From Candidatus Aegiribacteria sp. (GTDB lineage Bacteria; Fermentibacterota; Fermentibacteria; Fermentibacterales; JCC-6): a DNA stretch of 12,834 nt. The notes beneath the pieces were generated by a model that did no database searches, was not told where the DNA came from, and saw only the letters and a program-made list of their open reading frames with translations. Position 1 is the stretch's first letter. Each line of letters begins with the position of its first letter. The translations under genes and the position numbers were made by a program. The stretch lies in NCBI GenBank assembly GCA_046498225.1, contig JAWOBF010000062.1, positions 1 to 12,834 of the forward strand, in the 5' to 3' direction. Below are positions 1 to 7,653 of this stretch, one piece after another.

Positions 1-476
1 ATTGTGCTTCTGATAGAGAGCGAGTCATCCATGTAATACAAAGACTCAGCAGGCATGAACTGGAGGATCGAATCGAATTCGGCATTACTCCTTGCGAAAC
101 AGGAATCCGAGGTCAATGATGCGTCCTCGTACCTGAACCAGTACCTGTACTCGGGATCGGCCCATTCCGCCAGATACTGCATTATCTCAGAAGCGCAGAA
201 CGAATAATGGACACCGGCGCTGTCGCAGAGGGACATGAGATCGGTTACATAGTACTTTGAGGCCCTGCCTCCGAAGTTCACAGCGTCGAAGTTCAGCCAT
301 GACAGCTCACAGAGCAGCTGAATCGGAAAATCGGTGATGAAAGACGCATCAGGACCCTTGATCCGCATCGCCAGGGTCGGAATGGTGTTTTCAGGGAAGC
401 CGTCAGCTGCTTCTGCTGATGATAACGGAAGGAGCATGAGCACCGTCAAAACGGGGCCGATGCGAAATCGTCTCAT
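1..476 (-). CDS. Secreted hypothetical protein, 5' part (continues beyond the left edge of the window)
   Basis: Manual translation from ATG at 476 is open to the window edge (158 codons): MRRFRIGPVLTVLMLLPLSSAEAADGFPENTIPTLAMRIKGPDASFITDFPIQLLCELSWLNFDAVNFGG...YYMDDSLSIRST. The N-terminus is a Sec-type signal peptide (basic, hydrophobic, A-E-A). Purine-rich GAGAAAGAG lies just upstream. Absent from the ORF track because it has no stop in the window. Confidence 0.8.
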   Translation of the reverse strand, partial: MRRFRIGPVLTVLMLLPLSSAEAADGFPENTIPTLAMRIKGPDASFITDFPIQLLCELSWLNFDAVNFGGRASKYYVTDLMSLCDSAGVHYSFCASEIMQYLAEWADPEYRYWFRYEDASLTSDSCFARSNAEFDSILQFMPAESLYYMDDSLSIRST

Positions 477-520
477 AAGTGACTCTTTCTCGCAGGACTG
501 TACACCAAATTCCCAATATG

Positions 521-550
521 GATATACCTGAACGGCGGATATGATGTCAA
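521..550 (-). promoter_or_regulatory. Candidate sigma-70 promoter for the 1-476 gene
   Basis: Perfect TTGACA (550-545), 18-bp spacer, TATATC (526-521). An A/T tract upstream could be an UP element. The -10 is imperfect. Confidence 0.4.
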
Positions 551-641
551 TCAAAAAAGGGGACGGAGGAATGTTATAAGAGACACTATCATTAATCGGA
601 CTTGAGCGTTCCAGGTTCCGAATTCATCTCTTTAGGAAAAA

Positions 642-839
642 CTATATCTTCACGAACCTGACCGAATGCGACCTGCCGCCGGCGGTTCCGTCGTTCTCGA
701 ACCAGGCGACCTTGTACGGCGTGGAAGTGAGCACCTCTAAAGCGACAACGTCAATGTATCTGTCACCGTTGATGTCAGCCCGCCATGGGTTGCTGACCGT
801 TACGGCCATGCTGAACAGATGGTACCTGTCGGTATCCAT
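642..839 (-). pseudogene. FG-GAP/VCBS-type repeat fragment, probable gene remnant
   Basis: ADINGDRYIDVV...KVAWFENDGT matches one FG-GAP/VCBS beta-propeller repeat (D-x-N-G-D-x-x-x-D plus W-F-E-N). Only one repeat, no signal peptide, and in-frame TAG and TGA codons shortly upstream of the ATG. Confidence 0.6.
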
Positions 840-1006
840 GTACCTTGGAATACCCTCGAGAATGCTCAGGCTCTACATAGAAACTTGGCCACTTCATGTC
901 ACGGAGCAGATCGCGGGAAGTGTGGAATCCGGAATTCTATTATTATTAAGCCTTAAGACAGGGATAGTCGCGTTTACATTTCACAGTATTTTCGGGAGGG
1001 TAAAGA

Positions 1007-2836
1007 ATGCACCGTATAATCAGGCTTCTGTTACTTCTCTCTCTTGCAGGTGTTTTCGCTCAGCCGGCTCTCGGTTCGGAAGCGGAGGTAGAAGCACTTC
1101 TCGAACAGGGGCTCGAGGAACTGCTCTGCGGGAATTCCGAGGAGGCAATTGCTATTTACGTCGAGGCTGTGGAACTGGCCCCTGACGATCCGGAAGCCTA
1201 CTTCGGAAGGGGCTGGGCCGAATACACAGAGGGCATGGTCGAAGAGGCCCGCCGGGATTTCCATAAAGCGCTGGAGCTGGATCCTGATTTTGGAAAGCCT
1301 TACATAGGTCTTGCCTGGATAGCCATTGATAACTTCAGGGCAGACGAGGCAATTGAACTTGTGAATACGGCGCACGAGCTTGTTCCGGAATGGGAATACG
1401 TGTACGTAACACGGGGAACTGTCCATATGTACCTGAACCAGCCTGATTCGGCTCTGATGGATTACAACAGAGCGATCCAGATGAATCCTGAATGCTACCA
1501 TGCATACCTGAACAGAGGAAAGCTGCACCATAACATCACCGGTAACCTCGAGGCGGCCATGGAAGACTACAGCAGAGCCATCCAAATAGCTCCGGACATC
1601 TGCGATGCCTACGCCTGCAGGGGTCTTCTGGTCTACGAAGGCTCATCCCAGCTGTACAGCGCTATGGAAGACCTTGAAACTGCTGTGGAGAAGGATCCCG
1701 ACGATTACCTGCCATATTTGATGAGAGGCATTGTCACGGCGCAGGCGGGAAACATGGAGGAAGCGCTGGAAGATTTCAACCGTGCCATAGAGATCGATCC
1801 GGGTGTCGCCCCAAGCTACACCAACAGGGGGATCGTGAGACTCTACAACGATCAGATCGAGGAGGCGATAGAGGATTTCAGCACAGCGGTGGAGATCGAT
1901 CCCCGTGACAGCAAAGCCTTCTTCAACAGGGCACTTGTCTATCAGGATCACACGGGAGAGTTCCAGCTGGCTCTTCAGGACCTGAACAGGGCGATAGAAC
2001 TGAACCCTGATGATTACTCCGCTTACTATAGAAGAGGCATCATATACCTCGAGAACATGTCGGACCCCGCCAGCGCACTGGACGATCTGAACATGGTCAT
2101 CAGCATAAACTCCAGCAGCGAAGTCCCCTACATAGACCGGGCCAGGGCTCTGATGGCCATGGAGGAATATGACAGGGCCCGTGAGGACCTGAGTACGGCC
2201 CTATCCATCAACCCTCACAATCCGCGAGCCTACGTTAACAGAGCCAATCTCAACAACAGGCTTGAACTGTACGATGAGGCGGTGAGTGACGCTACCCGCG
2301 GCATCGAGATAGCTCCTTACTACGCGGAAGCCTACTCGATGAGGGGAGAAGCACTCTACAACTCGGGCAGAACGGAGGAAGCCATCGCTGACTACGAGAG
2401 GGTGGCAGAGCTGCACCCAGACCTCTACAGCGCCGTCATCGACCTGGGGAAGATCCACTACCTGCAGGAGGATTTTCTGGAAGCTCTGGAGTATTTCGAC
2501 CATGCATTGGAGCTCGATGCGACTCGATGGTGGGCATACTATTACAGGGGCAGGACCAACATTCAACTGGATGAATATCGGCAAGCGGTGGAAGATCTGA
2601 CCAGCGCCCTGGAGCTGAACCCGGAAAGATCGGAACTCTATTTCTTCAGAGGGAACGCTTACGCCCTGGAGGGTGAATTCGAGACGGCTATCGAGGATTA
2701 CGACAGGGCGATCGAGCTCCTCGATGATTATGCGGATTATTACTACTACAGAGGGCTGGCACGGAAACTGATGGGTGACGAGGAAGGTGCTCTTGATGAT
2801 TTCTCCATGGCGGAATCTATGAGAGAAGTCGAGTAG
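1007..2836 (+). CDS. Secreted tetratricopeptide repeat (TPR) protein, 609 aa, 17 TPR units
   Basis: Signal peptide MHRIIRLLLLLSLAGVFAQPALG, then contiguous 34-35 aa units of the form AY.NRG......G..EEA..DF..AIEL.P from residue 29 to the C-terminus. RBS GGGAGG just upstream. Confidence 0.95.
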   Translation: MHRIIRLLLLLSLAGVFAQPALGSEAEVEALLEQGLEELLCGNSEEAIAIYVEAVELAPDDPEAYFGRGWAEYTEGMVEEARRDFHKALELDPDFGKPYIGLAWIAIDNFRADEAIELVNTAHELVPEWEYVYVTRGTVHMYLNQPDSALMDYNRAIQMNPECYHAYLNRGKLHHNITGNLEAAMEDYSRAIQIAPDICDAYACRGLLVYEGSSQLYSAMEDLETAVEKDPDDYLPYLMRGIVTAQAGNMEEALEDFNRAIEIDPGVAPSYTNRGIVRLYNDQIEEAIEDFSTAVEIDPRDSKAFFNRALVYQDHTGEFQLALQDLNRAIELNPDDYSAYYRRGIIYLENMSDPASALDDLNMVISINSSSEVPYIDRARALMAMEEYDRAREDLSTALSINPHNPRAYVNRANLNNRLELYDEAVSDATRGIEIAPYYAEAYSMRGEALYNSGRTEEAIADYERVAELHPDLYSAVIDLGKIHYLQEDFLEALEYFDHALELDATRWWAYYYRGRTNIQLDEYRQAVEDLTSALELNPERSELYFFRGNAYALEGEFETAIEDYDRAIELLDDYADYYYYRGLARKLMGDEEGALDDFSMAESMREVE

Positions 2837-2871
2837 AAGACAGTCGAGCTTCAGAATGACCGCTCACTCCC

Positions 2872-2900
2872 TTGACCGCAGGCCGCCTGCATGATATCAA
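2872..2900 (+). promoter_or_regulatory. Candidate sigma-70 promoter for rseC-tldD-tldE with a dyad in the spacer
   Basis: TTGACC (2872-2877), 17 bp, TATCAA (2895-2900), with TG at 2892-2893 in the extended -10 position. The spacer holds the perfect dyad GCAGGC-C-GCCTGC (2878-2890). Confidence 0.4.
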
Positions 2901-2950
2901 AGCCAGGGGGACAATAAAGGCTGGTCGGATTTCACCGGATCGGGAGTTTC

Positions 2951-3418
2951 ATGACAAGAGAAGCAATTGTGCGGGAAGTTAGGGACGGACAGGCCCTGGT
3001 CTGCCCTGTGGACACCTCGGAATGCAGCGCCTGTGAAGCCAGGCACGCCTGCATGACACTCTCCGGAGGGAAGAGAGAGGAGCGCTCCATCTGGGTCGCC
3101 AACGAAGTCGGGGCCGCCCCGGGGGACAAAGTCAGGCTGGAGCTGAAGTCAGCGGCATCCCTGGCGATAATTGCGGCTACTTTCCTTATTCCGGTGCTGC
3201 TGCTGTTCGCGGGATACCTCCTGATGATGGGGGGACCCGACGCGGACAGGGCGGCGGGAGCCGGGGGAGGACTTCTCCTGGGCATTATCGCGGCGGTGAT
3301 AGTGAACCGGCGTCTTGGCGCCAGCAGGAACTACAACATGCAGATAGTCAAGATCCTGGAGCGGGCGGATGGAAGCACCGCGCCCGGCGGCGGCCGGGAA
3401 AGCCACATGGAAGGATGA
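2951..3418 (+). CDS. rseC: RseC/MucC family (SoxR-reducing system) membrane protein
   Basis: N-terminal strand M..E.IV..V..G.A.V, Cys cluster CSACEARHAC, N.VGA..GD.V.LEL motif, then two hydrophobic helices (FLIPVLLLFAGYLL; GLLLGIIAAVIV). This is the typical RseC_MucC layout. RBS GGGAG upstream. Confidence 0.85.
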   Translation: MTREAIVREVRDGQALVCPVDTSECSACEARHACMTLSGGKREERSIWVANEVGAAPGDKVRLELKSAASLAIIAATFLIPVLLLFAGYLLMMGGPDADRAAGAGGGLLLGIIAAVIVNRRLGASRNYNMQIVKILERADGSTAPGGGRESHMEG

Positions 3419-3422
3419 GCCC

Positions 3423-4877
3423 ATGATCGAAGAGATGAGGGCGCTGACGGAGAGGATCGTAGAACAGCTCAGCCACAGGGGCGTGGATTACGGAGATGCC
3501 AGGGTGGAGAATACCGACCTGGAGAACCTCACGTTCCGCAAGCAGAGACTTGCCGAGGCGGAGCTGCAGGATGAAAGGGGAGTCGGAGTAAGGGTCCTGG
3601 TTGACGGATGCTGGGGATTCGCGTCCTGCACCGGCCTTGACGTGGAGGAGGTCGAGGCCACTGTGGACAGGGCGGTGGAAGTCGCCAGGGCCGGAGCGGG
3701 TGTGGTGAAGGGTACGGTCCGGCTGTCCCCGGAGTCTCCCTCCACCGGTCATTACGACGGTCCCTGCCTGAAGGATCCCTTTGAGGTTTCCAGGAGCGAC
3801 AAGTTCGATCTGATGGCCAGGGCGGCGGACATCATGCACGAGTCACCCCTTATCAGCATGAGCTGGACGAACCTCAGGTTCGAGAGGAAGAGAAGGGTAT
3901 TCGGGAACACCCAGGGTACCCTGGTCTCCTCCGACCTGGTTTTCACCATGCCGGTGCTGAACGCCTACGCGGTCCACGACGGGGACATGCAGAGCAGAGG
4001 CTTTCAGGACGGCGCCAGGATAGCCGGCTGGGAATGGATAGAGGATGCCGACCTCCTGAAATGGGCCGAGATTTCCAGGGAGGAAGCCATAATGAAGGTC
4101 AAGGCTCCCGAGGGGCCGGCCGGAGTGATGGACCTGGTTCTGGATGGAACCCACCTGAGCCTTACCATGCACGAGTCCGTGGGACATCCCACGGAAAGCG
4201 ACCGGGCTCTGGGCTGGGAGGCCAGCATGGCGGGAAGGACATTCCTGAACATAGACGACCAGGAAAAGCTCAGGTACGGTTCGGAAATAGTTAATTTCAT
4301 AGCTGACAACACCCTGCCCTACGGTGTGGCCAGCTGGGGATGGGACGATGAAGGTGTGCCCGGACAGAAATGGCATACGGTGAAGAACGGCATATTCCAG
4401 CAGTTCGGATCGGTGCGGGAAACGGCGCTGCTGGTGGGCAGAGAGCACAGCACCGGCTGCTGCAGGGCGCAGGACCACGCCAGCTTTCCCATCAACAGGC
4501 AGCCCAACTTCTACCTGGAACCGGGGCCTGACCCGGTTACTCCGGAGGATCTCATCTCAGAGGTTCGAAAGGGTGTATACATCGAGGGCAGGGGTTCCTT
4601 CAGCATAGGCCAGAGAAGGGAAAATTTCCAGTTCGGAGGGGACATGTTCTGGGAGATAAGCAACGGGAAGAAGACCCGTCCCCTGAAGAAGGTGATATAC
4701 CGGTCGAAGACCAGGGATTTCTGGGGGTCCTGTGACGGTATTTCCGACGGAAGGTTTTTCAGGACCATGGGTCTGATCACCTGCGGAAAGGGTGAGCCGA
4801 TGCAGGCCGCCAGAATGACCCACGGGGCCAGCACCTCCAGGTTCAGGAACATACAGGTGGGAAGGGGCGCGGAATGA
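3423..4877 (+). CDS. tldD: TldD family metalloprotease, catalytic subunit
   Basis: N-terminal DYGDARV and GVGVRVLVDGCWGFAS motifs, metal-binding HESVGH (HExxGH), DDEGVP, and C-terminal CGKGEP Cys ligand. Start reassigned from 3369 to ATG 3423, which follows a GGAAGG RBS and sits 4 bp after the rseC stop. Confidence 0.93.
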   Translation: MIEEMRALTERIVEQLSHRGVDYGDARVENTDLENLTFRKQRLAEAELQDERGVGVRVLVDGCWGFASCTGLDVEEVEATVDRAVEVARAGAGVVKGTVRLSPESPSTGHYDGPCLKDPFEVSRSDKFDLMARAADIMHESPLISMSWTNLRFERKRRVFGNTQGTLVSSDLVFTMPVLNAYAVHDGDMQSRGFQDGARIAGWEWIEDADLLKWAEISREEAIMKVKAPEGPAGVMDLVLDGTHLSLTMHESVGHPTESDRALGWEASMAGRTFLNIDDQEKLRYGSEIVNFIADNTLPYGVASWGWDDEGVPGQKWHTVKNGIFQQFGSVRETALLVGREHSTGCCRAQDHASFPINRQPNFYLEPGPDPVTPEDLISEVRKGVYIEGRGSFSIGQRRENFQFGGDMFWEISNGKKTRPLKKVIYRSKTRDFWGSCDGISDGRFFRTMGLITCGKGEPMQAARMTHGASTSRFRNIQVGRGAE

Positions 4878-6145
4878 CACGGGAAGAACTTCTTGAAGTA
4901 GTGGAAGCCGTACTTGACGAAGCCCGGGTTCCCCACGTTGTGGCCAGACTGTCGGAGTACAGGGAGGCGGCTGTGCGATTCGGCCAGAACAGGATAACCC
5001 AGAACATGGACAAGTTCCAGAGGAAACTCAGGATAAAGCTGGGCGACGGGGAGAGAGAAACGGTCTATTCCACCCATCGCATCGACCTCGACGCTGTTCC
5101 CGGGATACTGGACGAGGCCGTGGAAATGCTCAAGACCGCTTCGCCGGACCCTGAGTACATGCCCCCGGTGGAGGGGGGACAGGTATATCCGGTAGTGGAA
5201 GCCTGGGACAGTGAAACCGCGAAGGTTGACCCTGAAGAGCGGGCCGGGGCCGCGGCAGCCGCAGTGTCCACCGCCGCTTCCAGGGGAATGGAGGCATCGG
5301 GTCTGGTTTCCATGACCTACTCGAAGGTAGCCATCGGAACCTCCACCGGCAACCTCGCCGCCCACAGGGCAACGGAAGCCGGCATAAGGCTGACAATGGA
5401 CAGGGGAAAGGCCTCAAGCTTCAGGCTTCTCTCCTCGGAAGCATGGGGAGACCTTCCCGTGGACCAGACGGTGGCGCAGGTGGCGGAGGAGGCAGACGCG
5501 AACCGGGACCAGAGGGACCTGCAGCCCGGTGACTACAGGCTGATATTCGAACCCCAGGCGGTGGCGGACCTGGTACCCTTCATAGCATGGTCCATGAACG
5601 CCAGGCCGGCGGACGAGGGACTTACCGTGTTCTCCGGCAGAATGGGGGAGAGGGTGACCGGCGACAGCTTCACCATGAGCAGCCAGGTGAACGGTGAACT
5701 CAAGGGAACACCTTTCAACGGGGAGGGACTGGCGGCCGAGGACGTGACCTGGATCGACGCCGGAAGGCTTGTCAACCAGCCCTGTACGAGGTTCTGGGCC
5801 GAAAAGACGGGCCGGAAGCCTCTGTTCATTCCCGGTACGCTTGCCATCAGCGGGAATTCCGGGTCCACATCAGACCTGCTGCGGGAAGTGAAGGGAAGAG
5901 CGCTTCTGTTCAGGAGGTTCTGGTACATAAGGTTCGTCGACCAGAAGGAACTCAGCCTTACCGGCATGACCCGGGACGGTGTCTTCCTGGTTGAGGACGG
6001 AAGGATCGTTCACCCGGTGAAGGACTTCAGATGGAACTGGAAGCCGATGGACCTCTTTTCAAGGATAGTGGAGCTGGGGGAGCCGGAGAAAAAGGGATCT
6101 CTCAGTGTGCCTCCCATGGTGATAGGCCCGACAGGGCTGGAATAG
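4874..6145 (+). CDS. TldE/PmbA family protein, non-catalytic partner of TldD
   Basis: RFGQNRITQN, LQPGDYRLIFEPQAVADL, PFNGEG and FWYIRFVD...LTGMTRDGVFLVEDGRIVHPVKDFRW are TldD/PmbA family motifs. Lacks HExxxH. ATGA overlap with the tldD stop. Confidence 0.88.
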   Translation: MTREELLEVVEAVLDEARVPHVVARLSEYREAAVRFGQNRITQNMDKFQRKLRIKLGDGERETVYSTHRIDLDAVPGILDEAVEMLKTASPDPEYMPPVEGGQVYPVVEAWDSETAKVDPEERAGAAAAAVSTAASRGMEASGLVSMTYSKVAIGTSTGNLAAHRATEAGIRLTMDRGKASSFRLLSSEAWGDLPVDQTVAQVAEEADANRDQRDLQPGDYRLIFEPQAVADLVPFIAWSMNARPADEGLTVFSGRMGERVTGDSFTMSSQVNGELKGTPFNGEGLAAEDVTWIDAGRLVNQPCTRFWAEKTGRKPLFIPGTLAISGNSGSTSDLLREVKGRALLFRRFWYIRFVDQKELSLTGMTRDGVFLVEDGRIVHPVKDFRWNWKPMDLFSRIVELGEPEKKGSLSVPPMVIGPTGLE

Positions 6146-6156
6146 AGGGCGGAAGC

Positions 6157-6948
6157 TCACCAGATGAAGCGGATCCCCCAGTAGTTCTGTCCCTCCAGGG
6201 ACCTGAAGGGCTGCGTGTCACTCACGTAATGGGTGAGATGCGCCTCGAAAACCCCCTTTGAAGCCTGGTAGGCGACGAAGACCTCGCCCCTGTGTCTGGA
6301 GGTTCCGGAACCGTCGTCATGGAAGTACAGGTCCCCGCTGTACCTGAGGCCGGAGAACCAGGAACGGTAGGAGACACCTTCGAAGTCCAGGTAGCCGTGC
6401 ATGGACCAGTCGAAATCGTGTCCCTTCTGGTAGGTATCTCCCCGCGGCCTGTAGAGCCCGATGGAAAACCACCCGTCCGGCGCCCCCGATGGCAGGAAAA
6501 CTACATCTTCGCTGCGGGGAGGAGGAGGCAGATCGAGGACCACGCCCAGCTTGATGTTGTTCATGTATTCGGACAGGGTGTCCGGCATGTCGATGTTGTG
6601 GAAACACTCATGGTCGGTGTACAGCCTCACCAGAACAGGGTCGAGCATCCACCCGAACTGAGTCATTATGTTCCAGTGACCCCCGTAGATGTTGAACTTC
6701 ATTTCCGGGCTGTTCCAGCTCTCTCCCATGTACGTTTCCATGGACATTCCCACCAGCCAGGAGAAGTCTCCCGCCTGCAGTATCCTGATGTCGGTCCCGA
6801 TATTGCTGTAGATGAAATGCTCCACGCTCTGCTCGAAGAAGCTGTAGGCTTCAAGGACCCCGGTGGATTCCAGGGGGAATTCCAGCGAAGCGGCGGGCAG
6901 CGCGACTGCCAGAAGTACTATACAAGCAATGGTTTTCATTCGGATCAT
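6157..6948 (-). CDS. Exported hypothetical protein, probable outer-membrane beta-barrel (263 aa)
   Basis: Likely start ATG 6948 (ATGA overlap with the pdo stop) or ATG 6939. Signal peptide MKTIACIVLLAVALPAAS, aromatic/Gly-rich amphipathic strand-like segments, and C-terminal YWGIRFIW resembling a BAM beta-signal. The ORF-track extension to 7212 overlaps pdo and is spurious. Confidence 0.75.
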   Translation of the reverse strand: MIRMKTIACIVLLAVALPAASLEFPLESTGVLEAYSFFEQSVEHFIYSNIGTDIRILQAGDFSWLVGMSMETYMGESWNSPEMKFNIYGGHWNIMTQFGWMLDPVLVRLYTDHECFHNIDMPDTLSEYMNNIKLGVVLDLPPPPRSEDVVFLPSGAPDGWFSIGLYRPRGDTYQKGHDFDWSMHGYLDFEGVSYRSWFSGLRYSGDLYFHDDGSGTSRHRGEVFVAYQASKGVFEAHLTHYVSDTQPFRSLEGQNYWGIRFIW

Positions 6949-7637
6949 CCCGTCTGCACGTAGTCCATCAGGTTCTTCTCCTCCGCGGGGTCCTCCTGCA
7001 GACCCTGTCTGAGAGCCTGGACTACCATGGATTCCGGCAGCGCTCCCTCGGCGTAGAACTGTCGGTCGACCACCGTGCGGGGAACTCCCTGAACCCTGAA
7101 CTCTCTGGAGAGCTCCGGGAACTCGTTGGCCTCTATTATCTCCGTTTTTACCCTCGGGCTGTGCCTCGCCATCCTGCTTGCCAGTACCGCCGATGCCGGA
7201 CAGTGGGGGCACGCGGGGGTTACGAAGACTCGAAGTCTGAGGTCCCTGTCCAGCTCCGAATCCAGGAATTCCACGCTTTCATCCGACAGAGGCTCTCCCG
7301 CCCCTCCGGAGTCCACTATGGATGTCAGCAGTGAGCTGAACTCGTAGCCGGAGGGTGTCCCGTAGAACTTCACCCTGGAATGGGTGCCGTCGGATACGAT
7401 GACAGCGGGGGTCATTTCCACACCGTCCCGCTCCGCCATATCCCGGTCGGCCTCGGAATTGAGAAAAGTGACCTTCAGTCTGTCCGAAAGCCCGTCCAGC
7501 TCCTTCAGGATAGCTTCGGTATCCCCGCAGGTGGGACACTCGAGCTTCCGTGTGTACACCCTGAGGTGAACGTCCCGCTCCAGATCCCCGAATAATTTCT
7601 TTACTTCCTTTGCGTCCTTGTCCGACAGTAATGCCAT
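6945..7637 (-). CDS. pdo: Protein disulfide oxidoreductase (PDO; double thioredoxin fold, AhpF N-terminal-domain-like)
   Basis: Two CxxC motifs (CPTC, CPHC), G.PSGYEFSSLL signature, VFVTP.CP.CP and IEANEFPELS..F.V.GVP. RBS GGAGGTG at 7652-7646. Confidence 0.9.
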   Translation of the reverse strand: MALLSDKDAKEVKKLFGDLERDVHLRVYTRKLECPTCGDTEAILKELDGLSDRLKVTFLNSEADRDMAERDGVEMTPAVIVSDGTHSRVKFYGTPSGYEFSSLLTSIVDSGGAGEPLSDESVEFLDSELDRDLRLRVFVTPACPHCPASAVLASRMARHSPRVKTEIIEANEFPELSREFRVQGVPRTVVDRQFYAEGALPESMVVQALRQGLQEDPAEEKNLMDYVQTG

Positions 7638-7653
7638 GGACTCTTCACCTCCA

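Noticed and set aside
551..570. Minus-strand CCCCTTTTTT as an intrinsic terminator
   Set aside because: There is no complementary G-rich arm upstream to form a stem. It fits better as an A/T tract next to the -35 box.
969..986. Second Rex-like site upstream of the TPR gene (shares ACATTTCACA with 8978-8987)
   Set aside because: Only a partial half-site matches and the other arm is not complementary. A 10-bp match can occur by chance.
712..1185. 157-aa + strand ORF
   Set aside because: It is antisense to the FG-GAP remnant, crosses the AT-rich spacer and overlaps the TPR gene out of frame. No motif.
3369..3422. Upstream ATG for tldD
   Set aside because: It overlaps rseC by 50 bp. ATG 3423 has an RBS and TldD-like sequence starts there.
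6949..7212. N-terminal extension of the 6157..7212 ORF (351 aa)
   Set aside because: It overlaps pdo in another frame and is low-complexity G/R/P-rich. The signal peptide begins at 6948/6939.
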